This document shows, piece by piece, positions 7,602 through 14,794 of a stretch of 36,788 nt of DNA. The DNA is from a virus. Numbering within the stretch: position 1 is the stretch's first letter; every line of letters begins with the position of its first letter. Below the pieces are notes generated by a model. The model had not been told where the DNA came from and did not search any database. It saw nothing but the letters and a program-made list of their open reading frames with translations. The DNA lies in IMG/VR virus record IMGVR_UViG_3300045988_157219, positions 1-36,788 of that record; one strand, 5' to 3'. The position numbers and the translations under genes were made by a program.

Positions 7602-7833
7602 AGCAATAGCGAATCAGCGGGACTTGTGAGTGCGAAGGCGGCAAGCGATGGGCGCTATGACATTAAGCGCAACCATGCGCACGTGATGGCACCTAAGGCC
7701 CCATTTCCGCTGTTCATAACGGATTTTAGTGGTGCGGTAGGTGATTCAAGGGTAAAAGTTTTCAGGCATGGTTAATCGCCGCTACGGCAAGCCTGTAGCG
7801 GCTAGAGAGGTATAAGTTCGGGGATATTCGTGA

Positions 7834-8934
7834 CTATTCCCGCTGCCGGCCTCCGCGGCGGCGGTTACGGCGACGGCGCCGATGCCTGCACCCATGTTCA
7901 AGACCGGCTGTGGTTCGTTGCGCGGTTATTGGTCGCGCCCCATGATGATCGTCCTGCACACCCCCCTGCGCGGCGTCTGGGTGTTGTGCGGGCTTTGTGC
8001 CATGTTCTGACCGCTGTGCGGGTTCTTGTTCTTGGTGTGGTGACGCATCTTCCGCCTGGGCAGCTGCCGAGTCGGCAGGCTTGGCAGGGGGCGTTTCTAT
8101 GTGCCCGTCGAGTACCCAGTCTGGGGCGTCGTCGAGGGGGTCACTGAACCCATCAACACCGATTGGCGCCGACGAGGTTGGCGGCGGGGCGCTAACCACC
8201 GCTTTGGGCGCACTGCTCTTGCCCTTGTGCTTAGCAGGCGTCTGGCGCACAGGAGCGTGGCGTTCCTTCCGTGAAATCACGTGAATGCCGTTGTCCTGTG
8301 CGTATTGGCTGCTGTTGATAAACTCCAAGCTGGCGGCAGTGTAATAGACCTCGTCCGGCGTTGGCGGGTCTTGGAGATCTAAAACCACCCCTGCGCCACG
8401 CTTGCTGTTACAGCCGCGGCAGGCAACAACCAACGTCTCAGGGGTGGACTCCCTATGTCCATTAAGTGAATCGTAGGTGGCGCCCCTGGCGGAGCGGCGG
8501 TCCCGCCAATCTACAGTCTTCTTGCACCACCTGCACTGGTCACCATCCCGGACGCGAACCGTAATAAGTAGTTCGGGATTCTGTTTGTCTTTCGCCCTGC
8601 GTCGGTCGATCTCCATCTCTTCTTTCAGCCGGATATGGAAAAGCGTGGGATCGTCGACGATGCGCAGCATTGGTCGGCCATCGGGGCCTTCTTCCCGGAA
8701 AAGCAAGCCTGCGCCACAAAGATTCTCAATGACAATCTTTTCCCGCCCCGGTGCTACTTGCGCCACGGCACCATACCCCACCAGGTAATCGGTAGCGTGA
8801 GCTGCCGAGATGCTCACTAGATCGACAAGAACACCCTTTGCCTCGTTCTTCAGTAGATGGTCCCCGTCGCATACCTCTAGCAACCGAATCATCAACGGGT
8901 GAGTGGTAAGCGTGTCGCCTCCCCTAAACCACAT
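7834..8934 (-). CDS. HNH-domain protein with a long disordered, Arg-rich C-terminal tail (possible replication/recombination factor)
   Basis: 366 aa, SD GAGGGGAGAGG. Carries DQCRWCKKTVDW...DSLNGHRE...VVACRGCNSKRG. The tail ends RHRRRRRNRRRGGRQRE. Confidence 0.65.
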   Translation of the reverse strand: MWFRGGDTLTTHPLMIRLLEVCDGDHLLKNEAKGVLVDLVSISAAHATDYLVGYGAVAQVAPGREKIVIENLCGAGLLFREEGPDGRPMLRIVDDPTLFHIRLKEEMEIDRRRAKDKQNPELLITVRVRDGDQCRWCKKTVDWRDRRSARGATYDSLNGHRESTPETLVVACRGCNSKRGAGVVLDLQDPPTPDEVYYTAASLEFINSSQYAQDNGIHVISRKERHAPVRQTPAKHKGKSSAPKAVVSAPPPTSSAPIGVDGFSDPLDDAPDWVLDGHIETPPAKPADSAAAQAEDASPHQEQEPAQRSEHGTKPAQHPDAAQGGVQDDHHGARPITAQRTTAGLEHGCRHRRRRRNRRRGGRQRE

Positions 8935-8991
8935 ACGCCTCTCCCCTCTCTAACAAATAAACGTGCACAATGCAAATGAAAATATGGTTTG

Positions 8992-9432
8992 TCATGCCGC
9001 CCCACCCCGCGCATGAACTAGCCGAGAGCACGTGGGGTAGCACTTGTTGCATAATCCTTCCCCCACGTGCCGGAGCGGATGTTTTTTCCTCCTGCGCCCC
9101 CTGGCCTGGATCGGCGGCTCCGCCTGCGGCAGCATCTGCCGCCCACAAGCGCGGCACCGCTCCTGATGCAGATCCCCCTCTTTCCCGTGCTGCTGAGGAA
9201 TGTCCGAGTACCTGCCAGCAACCACCCCGCCCACGAGGACACCGCGGCGCTCCGTGTCGGAGAGCATGCGTTCGCACGCACCCAGCAGCGGACAGGTAGC
9301 ACACAATAACCTAGCCTGTTGTTGCCTGGCCAGCGCGTTTTTGACCGGTTCCCCGGGGAAAGTAGGATCCCACAGGCTGGGCCGTGTAGCTGTCGCCTGG
9401 TGCCGGGGCTGCTGGCAGATACCGAGAATCAT
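8992..9432 (-). CDS. WhiB-like Fe-S transcription factor with an extra C-terminal CxxC...CxxC extension
   Basis: Cys pattern C6...LLCATCPLLGAC followed by GVLVGGVVAGR, as in the WhiB family. The C-terminus carries CRACG...CNKCYPTC. Confidence 0.7.
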   Translation of the reverse strand: MILGICQQPRHQATATRPSLWDPTFPGEPVKNALARQQQARLLCATCPLLGACERMLSDTERRGVLVGGVVAGRYSDIPQQHGKEGDLHQERCRACGRQMLPQAEPPIQARGRRRKKHPLRHVGEGLCNKCYPTCSRLVHARGGAA

Positions 9433-9435
9433 TAG

Positions 9436-10209
9436 CTAGACCGCCCCACCACTCAGGTTCGGCCGGGCAGTAATCTGCCGCGGCGCCACCGGCAACGTGG
9501 CCACGTACTCGAACCCGTCAGCATCCCGCGCCGGGCCGCCGTCGGCGGCATAGGGCCTGCGGATGTCCGTTACCGTCGAATAGGATTCCACCATACCGCC
9601 CAACGGCACGTAGCAACGCGCTAAGTAGTCGTCGCCTGGGGGCAGGCCAATGGGTGCGCAGAATGGCACCTGGGCGTACTGGATAGCGGCGCTGATGGCG
9701 TCCATCTGGGCGGCGGTAAGAACCACTGGCGAGGCAGCGTCAACACCTTGCCTGACCTCATCGCGCACCCGGTCCATGACAGCAACAACATCAGTGGGCA
9801 ACGTTGGGGCCAGCCGTGCCGCAGTGACGTCGGTGAGATCGCCACAAGTGCCGGATAAGTCTTGGAGGGTGAGCTCATTCTCCGAGACAAACAGAGCACA
9901 CCTCGACTCAGGGGCTTTCTTGAAATCCGGCCGAAGCTTCAATAATAAGCGCGCCGACGCTGCGGTAATCTCCACCTCGGCATGTTCGGCAGCAACGATA
10001 GCGAAATAAGTGGGCACCACTGCCTGAACCATATGCCGCGGGTTAGCGGCGCACACAAGCAGCCGCTCACCCCGGAACACCAGCTTGACAACATCGAAGG
10101 CCTCAAACTTCCGACTGGCCACTTTAATCACAGCGCGGATCGCGTTATGTAGCTCCCGGGTGAACAAGACTGCTTTTGACTTGACCGGCAGCTGGGAATA
10201 GTCAGGCAC
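9436..10209 (-). CDS. Hypothetical early protein (257 aa)
   Basis: Track ORF 9436..10452 trimmed to GTG 10209 (GGGAGG upstream, GTGCCTGA overlap with the upstream stop). No confident motif. Confidence 0.55.
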   Translation of the reverse strand: MPDYSQLPVKSKAVLFTRELHNAIRAVIKVASRKFEAFDVVKLVFRGERLLVCAANPRHMVQAVVPTYFAIVAAEHAEVEITAASARLLLKLRPDFKKAPESRCALFVSENELTLQDLSGTCGDLTDVTAARLAPTLPTDVVAVMDRVRDEVRQGVDAASPVVLTAAQMDAISAAIQYAQVPFCAPIGLPPGDDYLARCYVPLGGMVESYSTVTDIRRPYAADGGPARDADGFEYVATLPVAPRQITARPNLSGGAV

Positions 10210-10510
10210 GGGTCTCGGCCTCCCGGATCCTGGCGGCGGCATGGATAGCATCCAGGTATGGCTGGTCCAGCGCCTGGGTGGCGGCATCCAGCTCATCGAA
10301 CGGCACCAGGCTCTTGTGCAGGGGCGCGCTGTCGGTGCGCCAAGCAGCCCAGGCGTCATGAACGTCTGATAGCGTGGCAGCAGTGCCCTTAGCGCGCATA
10401 AGCACCGCATAAATAAGGAATAGGGGAAACTGCTCGTCGTCCGGCCTGGCAATGTTTTTCGGCAGGCACCGGCAGATGAGCACAGCGTCTTCTTCGAGGT
10501 AGGTCAGCAT
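10202..10510 (-). CDS. Small protein with a RyR-domain-like motif
   Basis: Track ORF trimmed to ATG 10510 behind AGGAG. VHDAWAAWRTDSAPLHKSLVPFDELDAATQALDQPYLDAI resembles the bacterial/phage RyR repeat (HxxW...H..lvPfdeL...D). Confidence 0.5.
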   Translation of the reverse strand: MLTYLEEDAVLICRCLPKNIARPDDEQFPLFLIYAVLMRAKGTAATLSDVHDAWAAWRTDSAPLHKSLVPFDELDAATQALDQPYLDAIHAAARIREAETRA

Positions 10511-10511
10511 T

Positions 10512-10811
10512 TTAGGACTCCTGGAGAGTGCGGAGGGTATCAATAAGATGGGGATTGTCTTCCAAAACACCGTAGGCGGCGGCGAGCACTTGCCCCGGCG
10601 CGGCGTGGGCGATGCTGTATGCGGCGGCGGGGATGGGCACTTCGGTAACTCGCCGGCCGTCGGCGGAGTAGACGACCGCATAGGGTTCACGTTCCCCGGT
10701 AACGGGATTGCGGGGCCAGTCAACGATCGCCCACGTTTCGCGGATGTGTAGGGCACCGATAGTGTCGTCGGACGCGGCAAGCGACGTTCGCCGAATGTCA
10801 GTGGTGTTCAT
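10512..10811 (-). CDS. Hypothetical early protein (99 aa)
   Basis: ATG 10811 behind AAGGAG, with stop/start overlap with the upstream gene. Confidence 0.55.
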   Translation of the reverse strand: MNTTDIRRTSLAASDDTIGALHIRETWAIVDWPRNPVTGEREPYAVVYSADGRRVTEVPIPAAAYSIAHAAPGQVLAAAYGVLEDNPHLIDTLRTLQES

Positions 10812-11059
10812 CAAGCACTCCTTCTTAGGTTGGGTTGGTGGGTTTTACGTGTGCAGGTTTCCATGTGTGCCACGTACAGTCGTTCTCCCGCGATCCGGGC
10901 TTGTTCCCTGGCGACGCCGTGCACGTAGTGGGCGAGGCCAAGGCTGATGCGCCAGCGACCGTCTAGGGTCGGACAGGGGTCAAGTGGGATGTTTTTGTCG
11001 TTGGTGGTTTTTGCCCAGCGGATTTCTGCGCCGCACCAGCGACACCATGCGCGGCTCAT
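10811..11059 (-). CDS. Small zinc-ribbon-like protein (82 aa)
   Basis: MSRAWCRWCGAEIRW...HMETC. ATGA overlap with the upstream gene. Confidence 0.5.
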   Translation of the reverse strand: MSRAWCRWCGAEIRWAKTTNDKNIPLDPCPTLDGRWRISLGLAHYVHGVAREQARIAGERLYVAHMETCTRKTHQPNLRRSA

Positions 11060-11367
11060 GCTGGCGCCTCCTGCTGCTCTGCCCACTGGAGCAGGCCAGA
11101 CAGCGCACGGTACTGATTATTCTGGCCACGGCGTTGGAACGCAGCAGCCCACTGCCACGCGGTAGGTACCTGGAGGAAACAACTTCCGTGCACTGTAGGG
11201 AGGCCAGCTAGCGTCATCTCGGGGAGCAGCTCGAACCCGGGGATGCATGCGACCAAGTCGCCCAGGCCGATGGCATCCGCATGCCCCTGGGAGAACCGGA
11301 GAGATACCAACCGGTTTGAATACATGCGGCGGATAACTATAGGAGAACGAACGACGGGCGCAGTCAT
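11056..11367 (-). CDS. Hypothetical early protein (103 aa)
   Basis: ATGA overlaps at both ends indicate translational coupling within the operon. Confidence 0.5.
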   Translation of the reverse strand: MTAPVVRSPIVIRRMYSNRLVSLRFSQGHADAIGLGDLVACIPGFELLPEMTLAGLPTVHGSCFLQVPTAWQWAAAFQRRGQNNQYRALSGLLQWAEQQEAPA

Positions 11368-11993
11368 GATTGGGACTCGCCGGTCGCTATTGAGGTTATG
11401 GTCTTCAAGCCAGCGATGACGTTTTCCATGTGGGTCGTTGCGTGCCGCATGCAGGTGAATGCTTTTTCATCGTTGCCGTTCTCGAATGATTCCCGGCACA
11501 TACCGATAGCGGTGAGCGCAGCGTTGGCCGCATACCGGGTATCTTTTAGTAGTTTATTGGGCAGTAACTGGACTATGGCCTCAATATCTGCCATGGCCGA
11601 CCCGGCATCAGTGCTGCTGCGATCGGAGCCAGCGGCAGAGCCGGAGTCGGCAACAGCATTAATGCTGTCCGCCGTTGGGGCAGATGCGTCTACAGTGACT
11701 AACCAAGGGCTTTCGTGGGGGCACTGATGGGTTTTATAGGCGTCCCGTTGCTCACATGCATCATGCAGTGCCGCATGTAAATCGGCAGCACGCTGCTCGG
11801 CAACCACTTTCGCCGCAGTCAACGTCTCAACCTGGGCGTGCAAATCATGAATAATCAAAGCGATGTCGAGGCCGCTTTCCGCTTCGGCGTTCCCCCGCTC
11901 AAGCAGCTTAGCGATCAGCTCCTGCTGCCACACCGTGGTGGCAGTCAAGCTGTCTGCAAGGCGAGATGGTAGGTCAGCGGTGGAATCCGGCAT
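11364..11993 (-). CDS. Hypothetical early protein (about 209 aa)
   Basis: Track ORF trimmed to ATG 11993 behind AGGAAGGA. Helical composition, no recognised motif. Confidence 0.5.
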   Translation of the reverse strand: MPDSTADLPSRLADSLTATTVWQQELIAKLLERGNAEAESGLDIALIIHDLHAQVETLTAAKVVAEQRAADLHAALHDACEQRDAYKTHQCPHESPWLVTVDASAPTADSINAVADSGSAAGSDRSSTDAGSAMADIEAIVQLLPNKLLKDTRYAANAALTAIGMCRESFENGNDEKAFTCMRHATTHMENVIAGLKTITSIATGESQS

Positions 11994-12228
11994 GGCGGTA
12001 TCCTTCCTGGTCGGCCACCGGATGGGCATCCATGAATGCCGTCAAGTCGGCTAGGGCGATCCGGTAGGGGGCGTTGCGTCCCACAGTGGTAGTCATCGAC
12101 GGCTGGGTAGCGCGCAGCACGCCCTGGCGGCAGAATTTCCTGATCTGCCATTGGGAAAAGCCGGAAAGCGTGGCGGCTTGGGCGGTGGTCAACCATTGCG
12201 GTAATTGAGGGGTAGTGATATGATTCAT
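11974..12228 (-). CDS. Excisionase/MerR-like HTH DNA-binding protein
   Basis: WLTTAQAATLSGFSQWQIRKFCRQGVL. SD GAAAGGAAAGG. Confidence 0.65.
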   Translation of the reverse strand: MNHITTPQLPQWLTTAQAATLSGFSQWQIRKFCRQGVLRATQPSMTTTVGRNAPYRIALADLTAFMDAHPVADQEGYRHAGFHR

Positions 12229-12255
12229 GTGCCTTTCCTTTCAAAGGCTTTGCGA

Positions 12256-12303
12256 CGGGGGCTAGCACAAATTCCCAAAACTAGCCCCCGGTTTTTCTGG
12301 TTT
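12256..12303 (+). terminator. Plus-strand intrinsic terminator embedded in the minus-strand early operon
   Basis: CGGGGGCTAG (12256-12265), 15-nt loop, CTAGCCCCCG (12281-12290), then GTTTTTCTGGTTT. On the minus strand the stem has no T-tract after it. Confidence 0.6.
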
Positions 12304-12819
12304 ATAGGGGGTTGTTGCCGCCGCTATCAGCGACAAGAAGCGCACGTCATAAACGGGCGGCCCTCTCCCTTCCACCTGGCAAGGCATCAAACACTGACCC
12401 GACCGCACAACAACCAGCGGCCATAGCCGCACCAATCGAGACATCACGAGCAGCGAACCCTGGCACCACCGGGGCCGACAACCGACAGGCACCCGGCTTG
12501 ATAGCAGCCGCTCCTCCACAGCGCGCAAACAGGACACCACCAGTCGGGCAGACCAAACGTCAAGAGGAGCCACGAGGCGACTAAACCAACATGAGGTGAT
12601 GAGCAGCCGCCCAGGCGCGCCGTCTACAGCACCACCTCCGGCAGCAACAGCAGCAGCCGGCGTACCAGCAGCAGGTGCCGTCTGCGCCGTTTCTTGGCGT
12701 TCTTGCCGACTGGCGCTACTCACCCGAATACGCCGATAGACGACAACAGCTAACGCCAGCGAGCACGTAGCCAACGCCATGGACACCATCGCTGCCAGCA
12801 CTCCAATAAACGAGATCAT
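12262..12819 (-). CDS. Possible membrane protein; only the N-terminal ~70 codons look coding
   Basis: ATG 12819 behind AAAAAGGAA, with TM helix ISFIGVLAAMVSMALATCSLALAVVVY. Hand-counted GC3 is about 69 percent over the first 36 codons and falls to about 50 percent further 3'. The distal sequence is Arg/Leu/Cys/Trp-rich. Confidence 0.3.
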   Translation of the reverse strand: MISFIGVLAAMVSMALATCSLALAVVVYRRIRVSSASRQERQETAQTAPAAGTPAAAVAAGGGAVDGAPGRLLITSCWFSRLVAPLDVWSARLVVSCLRAVEERLLSSRVPVGCRPRWCQGSLLVMSRLVRLWPLVVVRSGQCLMPCQVEGRGPPVYDVRFLSLIAAATTPYKPEKPGASFGNLC

Positions 12820-12914
12820 TACTAAAATTCCTTTTTCTTCTGCGTGTAGGTGCTAAGTGGCCCCCTCCCCAGCCCTTCCCCAAGCGAGGAAGAGGCCACA
12901 AGCAATAAGGGTTA

Positions 12915-13096
12915 TTAGGCGCCTAGGCCGGCATTGGCCTGGTAGGTGAGCTGGAGCATCGAGCACAGCCGGGGGAACAATTCAAGATCAATATGAATCT
13001 GAACCCCAGCGCCATCCTGAAGATCCGCGCCGGTAGGCCCCAGCTCGATGAACAAACCATCCAACTCACCCGAGAAAACAAACGCGCTAGGCACGG
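12915..13096 (-). CDS. Small hypothetical protein (60 aa)
   Basis: GTG 13096 behind AGGAGGTGG, overlapping the upstream stop. Confidence 0.45.
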
Positions 13097-13359
13097 GGCT
13101 CCACCTCCTGCCGCAGCGCACGCTGCAACACCGTGATATTCCCATGCACGACCTCGGGCTGGGCGCTATCGGCAGTGCACAACCCCAGCAGCATGAACTC
13201 CGACACATGAGGAACCCTGGTGTCCCCCGCACCGCCACCTACGATCAAAACATCAACCAGACCCTCATCAATCAGCGCTGTGAGGGCTTCCGCTACCTGC
13301 CGCAGCTCGACCAACATCGGCTCGCGCTTCACACGAACCACAACATCCAAATTCTTCAT
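13087..13359 (-). CDS. Hypothetical early protein (90 aa)
   Basis: Track ORF trimmed to ATG 13359 (MKNLDVVVRV...) behind GGAAGAAAAAGGAAAA. Confidence 0.5.
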   Translation of the reverse strand: MKNLDVVVRVKREPMLVELRQVAEALTALIDEGLVDVLIVGGGAGDTRVPHVSEFMLLGLCTADSAQPEVVHGNITVLQRALRQEVEPRA

Positions 13360-13391
13360 TGTTTTCCTTTTTCTTCCTTGTCTCACGACGG

Positions 13392-13607
13392 TTAAACAAC
13401 GGCATCCAACAGCCTGGCTGCTTGCAAATGTGCTTCACGGCGCCGAAGAATATCGGCTGCCTGAACCACGTTGATTCCGCGATAACGAATACTCTCTAGA
13501 TCCTTGGTTGTAATGCCTAAAAATTCAGCCAATTCCTGATCGCTAGTAGCCCCAATACCTTGTGCAATCTCCTCCAATGCCCCCGGACGGATCTTCTTTT
13601 TTGTCAT
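13392..13607 (-). CDS. Cro-like / early HTH regulator (71 aa)
   Basis: Divergent from the repressor gene, with HTH-like SDQELAEFLGITTKDLESIRY. ATG 13607 behind AAGGGTG. The GTG at 13613 given in the track is less likely. Confidence 0.65.
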   Translation of the reverse strand: MTKKKIRPGALEEIAQGIGATSDQELAEFLGITTKDLESIRYRGINVVQAADILRRREAHLQAARLLDAVV

Positions 13608-13641
13608 AATCACCCTTGATTCATTTCAAACTTTTTAATCT

Positions 13642-13670
13642 ATTATGAATCTATGGATTCATTTTGTCAA
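13642..13670 (-). promoter_or_regulatory. Early (Cro-side) promoter TTGACA-17-CATAAT
   Basis: Minus-strand -35 corresponds to plus tgtcaa at 13665-13670. The -10 corresponds to plus attatg at 13642-13647. The spacer is 17 nt and contains the 7-4-7 operator. Confidence 0.7.
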
Positions 13671-13689
13671 GGTTTAATACAAAATGAAC

Positions 13690-13718
13690 TTGACCCTTTG
13701 TTGTTAATGATTCATAAT
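13690..13718 (+). promoter_or_regulatory. Repressor promoter TTGACC-17-CATAAT giving a leaderless mRNA at ATG 13725
   Basis: -35 at 13690-13695 and -10 at 13713-13718. The ATG at 13725 is 7 nt downstream with no SD. The -10 lies inside the 7-1-7 operator. Confidence 0.6.
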
Positions 13719-13724
13719 GAATCT

Positions 13725-14195
13725 ATGGCCTTTAGTGACTGGTTAAGATCATTGCCCGGCGCACCAACGCCAACTATTGCAGCTAAACGCTCTAATCTCT
13801 CAGGCCCAACTCTCCTGCGACACTCGGAACGTGGATATTCGACTGCGGATAACGTCATCACAATCGCCCGCGCCTATGGAGTGAACCCAGTCGACGCCCT
13901 CGTGGATAACGGCATTCTTCAACCAGAAGAATTTGACGATGAACGGTCTACAGTCAAAAACGTGCTCAAGGAAGCAACCGTTGCGGAATTGCTTGAGGCG
14001 CTCGTTGAATATGTGAACAATTCGGGCCTGGTCGAAGGCCGCTTTGAAATGAATTCACTTACAAATCACCGAGAAACCACGCAGGATCACATCCCGTCTC
14101 CTGCTGATGGTTGGCAATATGAAGAGATGGCGGCGGCGGATGATTCGCCGGATGAGCCGATGCCGGGTGATGATGATTATCATGATGGCCCGTAA
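13725..14195 (+). CDS. CI-like HTH repressor (156 aa from ATG 13725; alternative 180-aa form from ATG 13653)
   Basis: HTH-like IAAKRSNLSGPTLLRHSERG, acidic C-terminal tail, divergent from the Cro-like gene and followed by an ImmA-like peptidase. Both candidate ATGs are preceded by ATGAATCT and lack an SD. Confidence 0.7.
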   Translation: MAFSDWLRSLPGAPTPTIAAKRSNLSGPTLLRHSERGYSTADNVITIARAYGVNPVDALVDNGILQPEEFDDERSTVKNVLKEATVAELLEALVEYVNNSGLVEGRFEMNSLTNHRETTQDHIPSPADGWQYEEMAAADDSPDEPMPGDDDYHDGP

Positions 14196-14214
14196 GCTAA
14201 TTTGATATTTTTGT

Positions 14215-14266
14215 TTCATTCTCCTTATGATTATCCTTAATTTTTTCATATCTCTAGGAGAATGAA
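14215..14266 (+). promoter_or_regulatory. Hairpin sequestering the ImmA-like gene SD
   Basis: TTCATTCTCCT (14215-14225) pairs perfectly with AGGAGAATGAA (14256-14266). The 3' arm contains the SD and abuts ATG 14267. Confidence 0.55.
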
Positions 14267-14674
14267 ATGTTAACGATCGACAACCTTGAAGATTTAGCGT
14301 TATCCCTAGGAGTCACGCTATGTACGCATGTTGGTGGCAAGAAGGGGCTCTGGAATGCGCCCCGGCGCGCGATCAGTATTCGGAGGGGGCTGCATCCGGT
14401 GGCGCATCTTTGCACTTTGGCGCATGAGGTGGGGCACGCGGCGCTGGGGCATGATTCGGCCGCTGTAGGGTGGTGGCGGGCGAAGCAAGAGTTAGCAGCT
14501 AATCGGTGGGCAGCAAGACAGCTAATCACAGTTGAGGAGTATGCGGCGGCCGAGTGCGTCCACCCGTCACTGAGCGGGGTCGCTCATGAGCTGGGGGTGA
14601 CGATTTTTATGGTTGAGGCGTGGCAGGAAATGTACCGGTCAGGTACATATGCGAGATTCCTTATGGATGCCTGA
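14267..14674 (+). CDS. ImmA/IrrE-family (DUF955-like) HExxH metallopeptidase
   Basis: TLAHEVGHAALGH motif, 135 aa, directly downstream of the repressor as in ImmR/ImmA pairs. Confidence 0.75.
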   Translation: MLTIDNLEDLALSLGVTLCTHVGGKKGLWNAPRRAISIRRGLHPVAHLCTLAHEVGHAALGHDSAAVGWWRAKQELAANRWAARQLITVEEYAAAECVHPSLSGVAHELGVTIFMVEAWQEMYRSGTYARFLMDA

Positions 14675-14794
14675 TAAACCCAAAAGAGGGTATTGCAAAC
14701 ATCATTCCATCAAAACTATATACAAGCACCTAGATGAATCATAAGATAAATCTTAACTGCGGTTTACATAAGATGAAGAAAAAGGAATGGAGCC

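Larger units (their letters stand above)
13618..13723. promoter_or_regulatory. Operator set built from the 7-mer GATTCAT/ATGAATC (five copies)
   Basis: GATTCAT at 13618-13624. ATGAATC-tatg-GATTCAT at 13645-13662. GATTCAT-a-ATGAATC at 13709-13723. One further ATGAATC lies at 14734-14740. Confidence 0.7.

Noticed and set aside
7426-7644. 72-aa minus-strand ORF in the early/late intergenic region
   Set aside because: It spans the intrinsic terminator, the palindrome and the CCGAC repeats. It has no SD and low-complexity sequence.
12312-12584. Plus-strand 90-aa ORF and the overlapping minus-strand 69-aa ORF (12347..12556)
   Set aside because: Hand-counted GC3 is only about 50-55 percent in each, there is no SD and the composition is odd. 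The region is treated as of doubtful coding capacity rather than assigned a gene.
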